NCBI GenBank assembly: GCA_963676565.1
Contig: OY781089.1
Location: forward strand, 2,176,001-2,240,000
Reading direction: 5' to 3'
Origin: Halarcobacter sp.
GTDB lineage: Bacteria; Campylobacterota; Campylobacteria; Campylobacterales; Arcobacteraceae
Length of the DNA: 64,000 nucleotides
A program made the position numbers and the translations under genes. This document shows, one piece after another, positions 1 to 11,076 of this stretch. The notes below the pieces were generated by a model, which saw only the letters and a program-made list of their open reading frames with translations, searched no databases and had not been told where the DNA came from. Every line of letters starts with the position of its first letter. Position 1 is the stretch's first letter.

Positions 1-969
1 ATGTTAGATGATGAAGATAGAGAAAATGAGGGAGATTTAGTTTATGCTGCACCTTTAAGTAGTCCTGAAAAAGTTAATTTTATGGCAACTTACGCAAAAG
101 GTCTTATTTGTGTATCGGTAACTAAAGATACTGCTATTAGATTAGAGTTAAACCCAATGGTTAATTCAAATACTTCATCTTATGAAACAGCTTTTACTGT
201 TTCAGTTGATGCTGCAGACGCTGCAACAGGAATTAGTGCAGGGGAGAGGGATGATACTATTAAAATTTTAGCTAATCCTATCTCAAAAGCAACAGAATTA
301 GTAAGACCAGGACATATCTTTCCTTTAATTGCAAAGGATGGTGGAGTTTTAGTAAGAACAGGACATACAGAGGGAAGTGTTGATTTATGTAAATTAGCAG
401 GATTAAGTGGAGAAGCAGTTATTTGTGAAATCATGAAAGAAGATGGAACAATGGCTAGACGTGATGATTTGGATATCTTTGCTCAAAAACATAATTTAAA
501 ACAAATATATATTTCAGATTTAGTTGAGTATAGATTATCACATGAAACTTTAGTTGAAAATATTTCAAGTGAAGATATTCAATTTTTTAACACTGATGTA
601 ACAAAAAAAGAATTTAAAGACCATTTAGGACAAGTTCATACAGTAATTCAATTTGGTGAATTAACTGATATTACTCATGTAAAGTTTCATACAGTAATTC
701 CTGACATAAAACTCTTTTTAAACGATGAAAAGCTTCATTCAATGTTAAAAACAATAAACTTTTTACAAGCTAAAGGTGGTTTATTAATATTTCTAAATGA
801 TGACATTGCAAATAAAGAATCACAAAAAGATTATGGAATTGGTGCACAGATTTTAAATAGTTTAAATGTGAAGAAAATTAAACTAATGACAAGTGGAGGA
901 AAACACTCTTTTGTTGGATTAAATGGATTTGGTTTAGAGATTAAAGAAGAGATACAAATAGAGTGTTAA
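1..969 (+). CDS. ribB: 3,4-dihydroxy-2-butanone-4-phosphate synthase fused to a degenerate GTP cyclohydrolase II-like domain (5' end probably outside window)
   Basis: DDEDRENEGDL, TAFTVSVD, RPGHIFPL and RTGHTEGSVDL RibB motifs. C-terminal DYGIGAQIL GCH-II-like tail. Confidence 0.93.
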   Translation: MLDDEDRENEGDLVYAAPLSSPEKVNFMATYAKGLICVSVTKDTAIRLELNPMVNSNTSSYETAFTVSVDAADAATGISAGERDDTIKILANPISKATELVRPGHIFPLIAKDGGVLVRTGHTEGSVDLCKLAGLSGEAVICEIMKEDGTMARRDDLDIFAQKHNLKQIYISDLVEYRLSHETLVENISSEDIQFFNTDVTKKEFKDHLGQVHTVIQFGELTDITHVKFHTVIPDIKLFLNDEKLHSMLKTINFLQAKGGLLIFLNDDIANKESQKDYGIGAQILNSLNVKKIKLMTSGGKHSFVGLNGFGLEIKEEIQIEC

Positions 970-985
970 TAAATTTATATATAAT

Positions 986-1024
986 AAAAAAGGGGTAGGA
1001 TTTAATTCCTACCCCTTTTTTTTA
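986..1024. terminator. Bidirectional intrinsic terminator between convergent ribB and pckA
   Basis: AAAAAAGGGGTAGGA-TTTAAT-TCCTACCCCTTTTTTTTT: perfect GC-rich stem with A/T runs on both sides. Confidence 0.9.
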
Positions 1025-1036
1025 TAATGTTTTCTT

Positions 1037-2623
1037 TTAAATATTAAGATTAGGTCCTGCAGCAGTAAAATCATAATCATTTTCTAAAGTCAAATACTTT
1101 TTAGAATAATTTTCAATATACATTCCTGCAAGTTTTAATGCAGTTTCATCATAAGAATCTTTATCTTCCCAAGTATTTCTAGGGTTTAATACTTTTGTTT
1201 CAACACCATCAAGTGTTTTTGGGATTTTAAGATTAAAAATAGGTAATGTTTCAAAGTCTGAATTTTCAATTGAACCATCTAAAATACCATTAATACAAGC
1301 TCTAGTATTTTTAATACTCATTCTAGAACCAATACCATATGGACCACCAGTCCATCCTGTATTAACTAAATATACATTTACTCCATGCTCATCAATTTTA
1401 TCCCCTAGTAATTCTGCATAAACTGTAGGATTTAGTGGTAAGAACGCTTCACCAAAACAAGATGAGAATGTTGCAACAGGTTCAGTGATACCTCTTTCAG
1501 TACCTGCAACTTTTGCAGTATATCCACTTAAGAAATAGTACATTGCTTGTCTTTTATCAAGTTTTGCAACTGGAGGTAAAACACCGAATGCATCAGCGCA
1601 TAAGAAAATGATATTTTTTGGATGATCACCTCTCATATCTTTTTTATGATTATCAATATGATCAATTGGATATGAAACTCTAGTATTTTCAGTTTTACTT
1701 CCATCTGTGTAATCTACTACACCATTTTCATCAGCTACAACATTTTCTAAAATTGCACCTTTTTTAATTGCTCCAAAAATTTCAGGCTCTGATTTTTCAT
1801 CAAGATTGATAACTTTTGCATAACAACCACCTTCGAAGTTGAATACACCATTATCATCCCATCCATGCTCATCATCACCAATTAATGCTCTATTTGGGTC
1901 AGTTGATAAAGTTGTTTTACCAGTTCCAGAAAGTCCAAAGAATAGGGCAGTGTCCCCATCTTTACCAACATTAGCTGAACAGTGCATTGGAAGTTTACCC
2001 TCTAAAGGTAACCAATAATTCATCATTGAGAATACACCCTTCTTCATCTCACCAGCATACCATGTACCACCAATGAGTGCTGTGTTTTCTTCAACATTGA
2101 ATACAACAAAAACTTCTGAATTTAAACCATGTGAAGCATAAGCCATATCAACAGTTTTACAAGAGTTATAAACTGTAAAATCAGGTTCAAAGTTTTCTAA
2201 CTCTTCTTTTGAAGGTACAATAAACATATTTTGAACAAAATGTGCTTGCCAAGCAACCTCTGTAATAAACCTTACAGATTTTCTACTATCTAAAGAAGAA
2301 CCACAGTAAACATCAGTTACATATAAATCTTTATTACTTAATTGTTTTTTAGAAACTATTTCTAAATCTTCATATACTGCTTTTGTTACTTTAAAATTAA
2401 TATCACCCCAAGCTATATATTTATTTGATGGATCTTGATTTACAAAAAATTTGTCTCTTGGACTTCTTCCTGTAAATATTCCCGTATCAATCATTAAAGC
2501 ACCAGTTGAAGAGACTTTTGCCCCTTCATTTTCTACAGCATGTTGAATTAAAGTATCAACATCAAGATTTCTATACACTGTTCCAACGTTCTCTAGTCCA
2601 AGTGTATTTTTGATTTCAGACAT
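1037..2623 (-). CDS. pckA: Phosphoenolpyruvate carboxykinase (ATP)
   Basis: [12 protein letters not shown]-loop, [18 protein letters not shown]. Confidence 0.97.
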   Translation of the reverse strand: MSEIKNTLGLENVGTVYRNLDVDTLIQHAVENEGAKVSSTGALMIDTGIFTGRSPRDKFFVNQDPSNKYIAWGDINFKVTKAVYEDLEIVSKKQLSNKDLYVTDVYCGSSLDSRKSVRFITEVAWQAHFVQNMFIVPSKEELENFEPDFTVYNSCKTVDMAYASHGLNSEVFVVFNVEENTALIGGTWYAGEMKKGVFSMMNYWLPLEGKLPMHCSANVGKDGDTALFFGLSGTGKTTLSTDPNRALIGDDEHGWDDNGVFNFEGGCYAKVINLDEKSEPEIFGAIKKGAILENVVADENGVVDYTDGSKTENTRVSYPIDHIDNHKKDMRGDHPKNIIFLCADAFGVLPPVAKLDKRQAMYYFLSGYTAKVAGTERGITEPVATFSSCFGEAFLPLNPTVYAELLGDKIDEHGVNVYLVNTGWTGGPYGIGSRMSIKNTRACINGILDGSIENSDFETLPIFNLKIPKTLDGVETKVLNPRNTWEDKDSYDETALKLAGMYIENYSKKYLTLENDYDFTAAGPNLNI

Positions 2624-2641
2624 TTTTTTCCCTATTCTTTT

Positions 2642-3979
2642 TTATTTAAATATTGATAAAAGTACACCAGCTGCAACAGCAGAACCAATTACACCGGCAA
2701 CATTTGGCCCCATCGCATGCATTAATAATACATTTGATTTATCATACTCTTGACCAACTTTACTTACAACTCTTGCTGCCATTGGTACTGCAGAAACTCC
2801 AGCTGCACCAATTAGTGGGTTTACTTTACTCTCTTCAGAACTAAATTTGTTCATAATCTTAGCCATAATAACACCAGCTGCAGTACCTGCTGCAAATGCA
2901 ATTAAACCAATAACCATAATTCCTAAAGTTTCTAAAACTAAGAATTTATCAGCTGCTAATTTAGAACCCACTCCTAGTCCTAAGAAGATTGTTACAATAT
3001 TTATTAATGAATTTTGCATTGTATCACTTAATCTCTCAACAACTCCTGATTGTTTTAAGAAATTTCCGAAAGCAAATGCTCCAATTAGAGGAGTTGACTC
3101 AGGTAAGAATAAAATTGCTAAGAATAAAATTAAAATTGGCAAAAATAAATTCTCTAATTTATGTACTTTTCTTAATTTTGGCATTTTAATTTTTCTTTCT
3201 GCCTCAGTTGTTAAAGCTTTCATAATTGGTGGTTGAATTACAGGTACGAGTGCCATATATGAATATGCAGCAACTGCAATAGCACCAAGCATTTCAGGAG
3301 CTAATCTATTTGCAATAAAAATAGATGTTGGTCCATCAGCTCCACCAATAATTGAGATGGCAGATGCAGATTGTAAGTCAAAACCTAGTGCAACAGCACC
3401 AACTAAAGAACCAAAGATACCAAATTGAGCAGCACCACCAAGGATTGCAGATTTTGGGTTTGCAAGCAATGGACTAAAGTCAGTCATTGCCCCAACACCC
3501 ATAAAAATTAATAGTGGAAAGAATTCATTAGCTATACCCATATTATAGATGATTCCTAACATACCATGGGCTCCACCCATGTTTGCAAGTGGAATATTAG
3601 CTAGAAGTCCACCAAAGGCAATTGGTAATAGTAATAAAGGTTCAAATCCTTTAGCAATTGCAAGATAAAAAAGTACAATTACAATTGCAAACATTATAAT
3701 TCTACCCCAAGATTGTTCAAAATGAGTCATTGGTCTTGCATCTGCTGGATTAGGTTCAGATGTCATAACATCATCTTGAGGATCAATAATAGCTTTGATA
3801 CCTGTAGTCTCGTAAAAAGATGATGCTAGTTCTGAAATTGATTTTGGCTTATACTCATGCTTTACTTCTTCTGTTCCACTTTTAGCAACTACATCATGTG
3901 TAGCACCACTAGCAAATAGTGGTGAACTAAAAATAGAAATAAAGAATAAAAGCATTAATGCCATAAATTTTTTATTCAT
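2642..3979 (-). CDS. oadB: Na+-translocating decarboxylase beta subunit (OadB)
   Basis: [31 protein letters not shown] motifs. Start moved to ATG 3979, which has a GGAG SD upstream. Confidence 0.92.
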   Translation of the reverse strand: MNKKFMALMLLFFISIFSSPLFASGATHDVVAKSGTEEVKHEYKPKSISELASSFYETTGIKAIIDPQDDVMTSEPNPADARPMTHFEQSWGRIIMFAIVIVLFYLAIAKGFEPLLLLPIAFGGLLANIPLANMGGAHGMLGIIYNMGIANEFFPLLIFMGVGAMTDFSPLLANPKSAILGGAAQFGIFGSLVGAVALGFDLQSASAISIIGGADGPTSIFIANRLAPEMLGAIAVAAYSYMALVPVIQPPIMKALTTEAERKIKMPKLRKVHKLENLFLPILILFLAILFLPESTPLIGAFAFGNFLKQSGVVERLSDTMQNSLINIVTIFLGLGVGSKLAADKFLVLETLGIMVIGLIAFAAGTAAGVIMAKIMNKFSSEESKVNPLIGAAGVSAVPMAARVVSKVGQEYDKSNVLLMHAMGPNVAGVIGSAVAAGVLLSIFK

Positions 3980-4011
3980 ATAATTTACTCCGTTTTTTCT
4001 ACACATTTTTA

Positions 4012-5823
4012 TTAGCTAATCGTTGCTATTGCTTCACCTTCTTCAACAGCATCACTTGGGTTTTTAAGAATAGCAGAAATAGTTCCACCACAAGGAGCTT
4101 CAACAGGAATTTCCATTTTCATAGCTTCTAAAATTGCAATCTCTTGCCCTTGTTCAACTTTGTCTCCAACTTTTACATGGATTTTCCAAACAGCTCCAGC
4201 TACAGTTGCAGGAACTTCTGCACCACCAGCAGGTACATTTGAAGGTGCTGCTGACTCAGTTACTGGTGTTACTTGAATATCAGCATTTCCCTCTGCTACA
4301 GTTACATTAAATTTTTGTCCATCTACTACTACTGTATAGTTTCCAGTTGCATTACTCATACCTTTATTTTCTCCTATTACACAATCTTTATTATTTTCAC
4401 AAGTTTCTTCATTTGTCTCTACTTTTCTTACACTTAAAGGTCCATCACCTTTTAAGAATGCAATCCCTTTTTCATCACAAGCTGCAGCAATAAATATATT
4501 TTCTTCGCTTGTTTCAATACCTTCTTCATTTAATCTATTTTTCCAATAAGACATTGTTTTCTTTTCATCTCTATCCGCAATATCTAATGGATTTTCAGAA
4601 GTTGGTTCAAGTTTTAGTTTTTCAGATGCTAATGCAACTACTTCAGAATCAGGTTGAACTGGAGTTTTACCAAAGTATCCAAGAACCATTTTCCCATAAC
4701 CTGGTGCTATTTGCTTCCATGGCCCAAACATAACATTTGCATATGCTTGTTGCCAATAAAATTGAGAAACAGGTGTTACAGAAGTACCATAACCACCTTT
4801 TTCAACAACTTCTCTCATAGCTTTAATAACTTCTGGAAATTTGTTTAAAGTTCCATTATCTCTCATCATTTGAGTATTTGCAGTTAATGCTCCTCCTGGC
4901 ATTGGTGAGAAAGGAATTAAAGGTGAAACCTGAGTTGCTTCAGGTGGCATAAAGTAATCTTTTAATTGATCATTTAAAACTTCTTGATATTTTAATATTT
5001 TTTCAATTTCTAATCCACCTAAATCATAATTCATACCCTTAACAGCATGCATCATAGTAAGAATATCAGGTTGTGATGTTCCTCCTGAAACAGGACTAGC
5101 AGCTAAGTCGATTCCATCGGCACCTGCATCTAATGCAGCAAGGTAACAAGCAACAGAAACTCCCGCAGTTTCATGTGTATGTAATCTTATATGTGTGTCT
5201 TCTCCTACTAAACTTCTTGCCATTTTAATTGTATCAAATACTTTTTGAGGTGAAGAAGTTCCCGAAGCATCTTTAAAACAAATAGAATCAAATGGAACCC
5301 CACTGTCTAAAATATTTCTTAACGTTTTTTCATAAAAAGGAACATCATGAGCACCTTCACAACCTGGAGGTAAATCCATAAGTGTTACAACAACTTCATG
5401 ATTTAAACCATATTTTTTAATACATTCAGCAGAATATTCTAAATTTTGTACATCATTTAATGCATCAAAATTTCTAATTGTAGTTACTCCATGTTTAGCA
5501 AACATTTTTGCATGCATCTCAACTAATTCTCTTGAACCAGTATCAAGCATAACTGTATTAATACCTCTTGCTAATGTTTGTAAATTAGCATCAGGACCTA
5601 CAATTTCTCTAAATCTGTCCATCATCTCAAAAGCATTTTCTTGTAAGTAGAAAAATAAAGATTGAAATCTTGCTCCTCCACCAAACTCAAAGTGTGTAAT
5701 TCCCGCATCTTTCGCAGCTTCTACAGCTGGAAAGAAATCATTCATTAAAACTCTACCCCCAAAGACAGATTGAAATCCATCTCTAAAAGTAGTATCCATG
5801 ACGTCGATATATTTTTTAGCCAT
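4012..5823 (-). CDS. oadA: Biotin-dependent carboxyltransferase plus biotin carrier (oxaloacetate decarboxylase alpha / PycB-type)
   Basis: [13 protein letters not shown] metal motif, C-terminal EAMKM biotinylation site. Flanked by oadG and oadB. Confidence 0.88.
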   Translation of the reverse strand: MAKKYIDVMDTTFRDGFQSVFGGRVLMNDFFPAVEAAKDAGITHFEFGGGARFQSLFFYLQENAFEMMDRFREIVGPDANLQTLARGINTVMLDTGSRELVEMHAKMFAKHGVTTIRNFDALNDVQNLEYSAECIKKYGLNHEVVVTLMDLPPGCEGAHDVPFYEKTLRNILDSGVPFDSICFKDASGTSSPQKVFDTIKMARSLVGEDTHIRLHTHETAGVSVACYLAALDAGADGIDLAASPVSGGTSQPDILTMMHAVKGMNYDLGGLEIEKILKYQEVLNDQLKDYFMPPEATQVSPLIPFSPMPGGALTANTQMMRDNGTLNKFPEVIKAMREVVEKGGYGTSVTPVSQFYWQQAYANVMFGPWKQIAPGYGKMVLGYFGKTPVQPDSEVVALASEKLKLEPTSENPLDIADRDEKKTMSYWKNRLNEEGIETSEENIFIAAACDEKGIAFLKGDGPLSVRKVETNEETCENNKDCVIGENKGMSNATGNYTVVVDGQKFNVTVAEGNADIQVTPVTESAAPSNVPAGGAEVPATVAGAVWKIHVKVGDKVEQGQEIAILEAMKMEIPVEAPCGGTISAILKNPSDAVEEGEAIATIS

Positions 5824-5829
5824 ATTAAG

Positions 5830-6069
5830 TTAACCTTTTAGATTTTTGTGATGTTGTACAGCAGCTACTATAGCAGCTATTTTTGCAGTGTTATTTGAAG
5901 TATTTACAGCTTGTGGTTTCTTTGGCGCTGCTTTTTTTTCAGGAAAATATTTAGCAATAATTTTTGCCTGAAATTTTAATGCATATACCATAACTATTAA
6001 GAATGAGAATACAATACCCATACCTAAAACCATAAACTTCAATGCTTCAGCAATTAAGTTAGTTTCCAT
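5830..6069 (-). CDS. oadG: Oxaloacetate decarboxylase gamma subunit (OadG family)
   Basis: Single TM helix MVLGMGIVFSFL, AAIVAAVQHH tail. ATG 6069 with GGAG SD. Confidence 0.88.
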   Translation of the reverse strand: METNLIAEALKFMVLGMGIVFSFLIVMVYALKFQAKIIAKYFPEKKAAPKKPQAVNTSNNTAKIAAIVAAVQHHKNLKG

Positions 6070-6341
6070 ATTACTCCCCGTGGTTACCATCGTGTAATTT
6101 AGTATTACTATTTTATATTAAATATGCTTTAGTAAAATTTATTTTCACCCCTAAATTAGAGAAATTTTGGAATTTTAGTCAATGAAAAAAATTATAAAAT
6201 TTTGTTACCACATTTAAGTAAAAAATTATCAAAAGTATGAAGTAATTTTATAACATTGCTAGTTGCTTTTTCAATTTTTTGTGACATTTTCTATCCTTAA
6301 TTAAATAATATGTCAAATTTTATACTTTTTTTTCAAATCAC

Positions 6342-6370
6342 TTGAAAAATATTGCATTTTGTAATATAAT
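6342..6370 (+). promoter_or_regulatory. Sigma70 promoter of the S24 regulator with an overlapping inverted repeat
   Basis: TTGAAA (6342-6347), 17 bp, TATAAT (6365-6370). ATATTGCA-TTT-TGTAATAT (6349-6367) spans the spacer. AAGGAG SD follows. Confidence 0.7.
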
Positions 6371-6387
6371 ACAAAAAAGGAGCAGAT

Positions 6388-7044
6388 ATGTTACAAGTTT
6401 TTGAGATAATTGAAAAGTTAAAAGATATCTTAAGTAAAGATGGAAAATGTGGAAAGGTTTTTGATAAAGATGTTGCTAGTGCACTTGATTTGAGTCAGGT
6501 TAATTTTGCAACTATGAAAAATCGTGGAAAAATTCCATTTTCGAATATTTTGGATTTTTGTGCAAAAAAGAAAATTTCAATAAATTGGTTACTTTACAAT
6601 CAAAATCCTGGTTCATTAGTTGATTCAACAGATAAGTACTGGATTAGATATTATCCTGAAGTAAATGTAAGTGCAGGTGGTGGTGCTTATGAAAGTGATG
6701 ACGCATATGAGAGTTTAGAAGTTCCTCCATATTTTATAAATATGTTAGGTGGAAAAGAAAATTTAAAAAATATAGATGCTATTAATGTAGTAGGTGATTC
6801 AATGGAACCAACATTAAACAGTGACAATATTATATTTATAGATAAAACAAGAAATGATCTTTCAAGAGATGGAATTTATGCCTTTACTACAAATCATGGA
6901 CTTTTTGTAAAAAGAATCCAAAGAAGAGTAGATGGGAAATTAGATGTAATATCAGACAACAAAGACTATCCAACACAAATATTAGATAAAAATGAAGTCT
7001 TTGTTGTGGGTAAAGTGGTTAGTAGTTTTGGTATGATTTATTAA
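6388..7044 (+). CDS. LexA/CI-like HTH repressor with S24 peptidase domain
   Basis: N-terminal HTH-like region, VSAG cleavage-site motif, GDSM (catalytic Ser) and VKR (catalytic Lys). Confidence 0.85.
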   Translation: MLQVFEIIEKLKDILSKDGKCGKVFDKDVASALDLSQVNFATMKNRGKIPFSNILDFCAKKKISINWLLYNQNPGSLVDSTDKYWIRYYPEVNVSAGGGAYESDDAYESLEVPPYFINMLGGKENLKNIDAINVVGDSMEPTLNSDNIIFIDKTRNDLSRDGIYAFTTNHGLFVKRIQRRVDGKLDVISDNKDYPTQILDKNEVFVVGKVVSSFGMIY

Positions 7045-8036
7045 AGTAGTGATGGAATGTTAGCTTCTTTTGAAACTTGTTCATAAAGTTCATCGTAGCT
7101 AACACCAATAAAATAGACTGCGTTAAAACTATTTTTCTTTAAAAATTCTTTTAAATCAGATAAAGAATTTATAAAAGTGTAGTCTATATCTTTATTATCA
7201 TCAATTTCTTTAGTTGTTAAATAGATAACTTTTGCATAATTGTATTTTTTTTCTAAGTATTTAACTTCTTTTAAAATTAATTCATCATTATCTTGAGCAA
7301 TTAAAAATTTATCACTTCTTCCATAATCTGTATGATTTATTAGTTTATCAACAAATATAGGTTTTAAATTATGAAATTTTCTTAGTTTATTTAAATCTGC
7401 ATCAAATCCTAAGTAACTATAAACATCTAAAAACTCTGTAATATATAAACTTGAAATTTTTATTTTTGAAAAATATTTTTCTTGAAAAGAGAAACTTGTT
7501 TCAAAAATTGAATGTTCAATTAAGTTTTTAATTTCATAATCTTTTGTGTTGAAATTAAAATTAACAGGGTATATATTATCAAGTACATTTTTATCTGAAG
7601 ATATTATTGTATCATTCTCTTCTATTTCATCAATCAGTTTAAAAAACTTTGTTAAATCTTTAGGAACTATTTTAATATTTGTATGAACTGTAGTTTTTAA
7701 AAGAATTTTAAATAAATCGTAACTAACATTATTACAATAAAAAGCATTTAATCTTTTATTTGATAATAAGTATCTTACAAGTTTTACAATTGCATCATTT
7801 ATTGCCTCAACAAAAATCCAGGCAATTTCATTGTCACTAATAGAAACCTCTTTATCAACTACAATTGCAAAGGCACCATTTTCAATTGCTGTAGGAATAT
7901 CCTCATCATTTTTTACAATGAATAGGTCACCCTCTCTCACTTTTTTAGGATTGGTTTTAATTGAATATATAAATGAGATTGATGGATGATTTAATAATCT
8001 TCCATCAACTATGTCTAAAATAGAGGTGATTTGCAC
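7041..8036 (-). CDS. Conserved hypothetical protein with a MurE/MurF-like N-terminal domain
   Basis: SIKTNPKKVREGDLF...AIENGAFAIVV resembles Mur ligase N-domain. No GxxGKT P-loop. Confidence 0.6.
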   Translation of the reverse strand: MQITSILDIVDGRLLNHPSISFIYSIKTNPKKVREGDLFIVKNDEDIPTAIENGAFAIVVDKEVSISDNEIAWIFVEAINDAIVKLVRYLLSNKRLNAFYCNNVSYDLFKILLKTTVHTNIKIVPKDLTKFFKLIDEIEENDTIISSDKNVLDNIYPVNFNFNTKDYEIKNLIEHSIFETSFSFQEKYFSKIKISSLYITEFLDVYSYLGFDADLNKLRKFHNLKPIFVDKLINHTDYGRSDKFLIAQDNDELILKEVKYLEKKYNYAKVIYLTTKEIDDNKDIDYTFINSLSDLKEFLKKNSFNAVYFIGVSYDELYEQVSKEANIPSLL

Positions 8037-10006
8037 TAGCTTATTTTAGTTCCAGATTTTTTTGGTGTTTCAGGTCTAATAAGAGATAAACCATTTTCAT
8101 CACGTGCAGCCATCAACATACCTTCACTTAGCATACCCATAAGTTTTGCAGGTTTTAAGTTTGCAACAACACATGCCTGAGTTCCAACTAGATCTTTTGC
8201 CTCATAAAATTCTTTTATTCCAGCTAAGATTTGTCTATTTTTCCCTTCACCTAAATCAACTTGTAATTTTAAAAGTTTTTTAGATTTTGGTACTTCTTCG
8301 GCTTCTACAATTGTTCCAATTTTTAAACTTGTTTCAAAAAATTGATCAATAGTAATTAAATTATCATTTTCTTCTTCATCATTATCGTTTTTTTGTTCTT
8401 TTTTAGCTTTTGATTTTTCTTCAGGTTCAGCTTTTGAAACTTCAGGATTACTAGCTTGTTCTAAAAGTACTTCTTCAATTCTTGGGAAAAGTTGCTCAAC
8501 TTTTGTAATTGTAGTTTCACCTAAAAGCTCTTTATTCTTTATTAGTTTATTATAGGTTTCTGTATTAATCTCAATACCTAAAGATTTTGCAATTTTAGAA
8601 ATTTTTTCTGGCATTACTGAATCTAAAAGTAGGGCAACTTTAGCCATAATATTTGTAATTAATGCAACTAAAGCCATAGCTTCTTCAGTTTTACCTTCTT
8701 TCATTTTAGCCCATGGTTCATAATCACCAATAGCTTTATTTGCAATAGTTAATACTTTCCAAATATCTTCAAGATATCTATTTAACTGCATATTAAAGAT
8801 ATAACTTTCAACATTCTCTAAAATCTCATTAACTTCATCAAGTTCTTTTTTGTGAAACTTTTCAACATCTACAGAATCTATTTTAAAATCAAAATATTTC
8901 CCACTCATACCAGAAATTCTATTTAATAAATTACCTAAATCATTTCCTAAATCTGAGTTAATTCTATCCATAAGTGCTTTTTGAGAAAAATCTCCATCTT
9001 GACCAAAAGGAACTTCTCTTAACATAAAATATCTAAATGCATCTAGCCCATATGCATCTGCTACTTCTTTAGGATTTACAACATTTCCTTTTGATTTAGA
9101 CATTTTTTCGCCATCTCTTGTCCACCATCCATGGGCAGCAATGTGAGTTGGAAGAGGTAAATCTAATGACATTAAAAATGCTGGCCAATAAATAGCATGG
9201 AATCTTAGAATATCTTTACCAACTAGTTGAACTTTTGCTGGCCAATAATTCATATTTTCTTGTTTATCACCATAACCTAAGGCTGTGATATAGTTTAATA
9301 GTGCATCAAGCCATACATACATAACATGTTTTGGCTCATTTATAGATTCTGGTAACTTTACACCCCAATCAAAAGATGTTCTAGAAATAGAAAGGTCTCT
9401 TAATCCACCTTTTACAAAATTTACAATCTCATTTTTTTTAGATCTTGGTAAAATACAATCTTCATTTTCTTCATACCATTTAATCAATTTATCTTCATAT
9501 TTAGATAATTTAAAAAAGAAGCTTTCTTCTTTTACTATATTTGTAGGTTTCCCACAATCTGGGCAGAATTGCTCATCTACAAGTTGTTTTTCTGTGAAGA
9601 AAGTCTCACATGATACACAATAAAAACCTTCATACTCACCTTTGTAGATATCACCTTTATTGTACATTGTCTCAAATGCTTTTTGAACACCAATTTTATG
9701 TTCGGTATCAGTAGTTCTAATAAACTTATCATATGAAATATCAAAGTCATCCCAAAGTGTTCTAAATTTTCCTGAAATTTCATCTGCATACTCTTGAGGA
9801 GTTCTTCCTCTTTGCTTTGCACTTTGTTCAATTTTTTGACCATGTTCATCAGTACCTGTAAGAAAATAAGTATCTAATCCAGTTAATCTTGAATATCTTG
9901 CAAGCATATCTGCAATTATAGTAGTATAAGCGTGTCCGATGTGTGCAACATCATTTACATAATATATTGGAGTAGTAATATAAACATTTTTACAGCATTT
10001 TTCCAT
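8036..10006 (-). CDS. metG: Methionine--tRNA ligase
   Basis: HIGH, CxxC zinc knuckle, KMSKS, C-terminal tRNA-binding OB domain. Confidence 0.97.
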   Translation of the reverse strand: MEKCCKNVYITTPIYYVNDVAHIGHAYTTIIADMLARYSRLTGLDTYFLTGTDEHGQKIEQSAKQRGRTPQEYADEISGKFRTLWDDFDISYDKFIRTTDTEHKIGVQKAFETMYNKGDIYKGEYEGFYCVSCETFFTEKQLVDEQFCPDCGKPTNIVKEESFFFKLSKYEDKLIKWYEENEDCILPRSKKNEIVNFVKGGLRDLSISRTSFDWGVKLPESINEPKHVMYVWLDALLNYITALGYGDKQENMNYWPAKVQLVGKDILRFHAIYWPAFLMSLDLPLPTHIAAHGWWTRDGEKMSKSKGNVVNPKEVADAYGLDAFRYFMLREVPFGQDGDFSQKALMDRINSDLGNDLGNLLNRISGMSGKYFDFKIDSVDVEKFHKKELDEVNEILENVESYIFNMQLNRYLEDIWKVLTIANKAIGDYEPWAKMKEGKTEEAMALVALITNIMAKVALLLDSVMPEKISKIAKSLGIEINTETYNKLIKNKELLGETTITKVEQLFPRIEEVLLEQASNPEVSKAEPEEKSKAKKEQKNDNDEEENDNLITIDQFFETSLKIGTIVEAEEVPKSKKLLKLQVDLGEGKNRQILAGIKEFYEAKDLVGTQACVVANLKPAKLMGMLSEGMLMAARDENGLSLIRPETPKKSGTKIS

Positions 10007-10034
10007 TAATTTACCTCTTTGTTATAATTATTAA

Positions 10035-10238
10035 TTAAAATTCAAATCCACCGCCAGAGCCTTTATTCATAGACTCATAAACAGCAATGACATATTTTTT
10101 TCTAAGCTCACATTCAAAAAATTTGTTACAGGGTATACATGAGTTTAGATTATTAGATTTTTGACATTGATTAAGTTCTTCAATCTTTAAATCAAGCTTT
10201 AAATCCCATTCATCTTTTTGTACATTCTCAGCTTGCAT
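10035..10238 (-). CDS. Small four-cysteine hypothetical protein
   Basis: 67 aa ORF overlapping the fbp stop. C-x8-CxxC-x5-C pattern, GGGFEF end. Confidence 0.75.
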   Translation of the reverse strand: MQAENVQKDEWDLKLDLKIEELNQCQKSNNLNSCIPCNKFFECELRKKYVIAVYESMNKGSGGGFEF

Positions 10239-11076
10239 ATTGTTTGTAAACTTCTTTTACTTTTTCAACTTCTGATTTAGAACCAAAAAAACATGGTGTA
10301 GTATCATGAATATGAGTTGTTTCAACTTCTAAAACTCTTTTAAAACCATCAGTAGCAGCTCCACCAGCTAACTCATAAACAAATGCAAAAGGGAATACTT
10401 CAAATAATTGTCTTAATTTACCTTTTGGTCTATCAGTAGTTGCAGGATATGAAAATAATCCTCCACCTTTTAATAGTATTTGATGTAAATCTGGAACCAT
10501 ACCACCTGAATATCTTAAATAATATCCTTCATCAAACATCTCTTTTAAAAGTTTTTTATGTTCTGTTGGCCAAAACATTTGTGTTGAACCAGTTGCATTT
10601 AAATTACCTTTAAAATCAAGTTTTATATCTTGAACATAGTGGAAAATACCACCATTTAATCTATACATTTTTACAGAATCTTCTGCCGCAACTACCATTT
10701 CTATTCTTGGTCCAAAAACAACATATATCGCAGCAATAATATTTTTTGATGTAAAGTCATTTTTATAAATACCATAAATTGAACCAACTGAAAGGTTAAC
10801 ATCAACTAATGATGAACCATCCAATGGGTCATAGGCAATTAAATATTCACCATCTTCATGTAAAGGAACAATTGCTTCTTGCTCTTCACTAACAATCTCT
10901 TTAATAGAAGGAATTTCTTTAAAAATATTTTCTATAATAATATCACTTGCAATATCAAGTTTTAATTGTGTGTCACCAGTAGAGTTTTCATTTTCACTTT
11001 TTCCAGTATCACCTTTATCAATAACTTTTTTAATTTCAATACTTGCTTTTTTTATTGCTTCAATTATATCGTTCAT
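10228..11076 (-). CDS. fbp: Class 1 fructose-1,6-bisphosphatase
   Basis: [30 protein letters not shown]. Confidence 0.95.
   Translation of the reverse strand: MNDIIEAIKKASIEIKKVIDKGDTGKSENENSTGDTQLKLDIASDIIIENIFKEIPSIKEIVSEEQEAIVPLHEDGEYLIAYDPLDGSSLVDVNLSVGSIYGIYKNDFTSKNIIAAIYVVFGPRIEMVVAAEDSVKMYRLNGGIFHYVQDIKLDFKGNLNATGSTQMFWPTEHKKLLKEMFDEGYYLRYSGGMVPDLHQILLKGGGLFSYPATTDRPKGKLRQLFEVFPFAFVYELAGGAATDGFKRVLEVETTHIHDTTPCFFGSKSEVEKVKEVYKQYAS

Noticed and set aside
6282..6315. TGACAT...ATGTCA inverted repeat in the oadG/S24 intergenic region
   Set aside because: 6-bp arms with a 22-bp spacer in AT-rich DNA are too weak to call.
6388..7044. S24 repressor read as evidence of a prophage
   Set aside because: Flanked by oadG and the metG operon, with no divergent cro or other phage genes.
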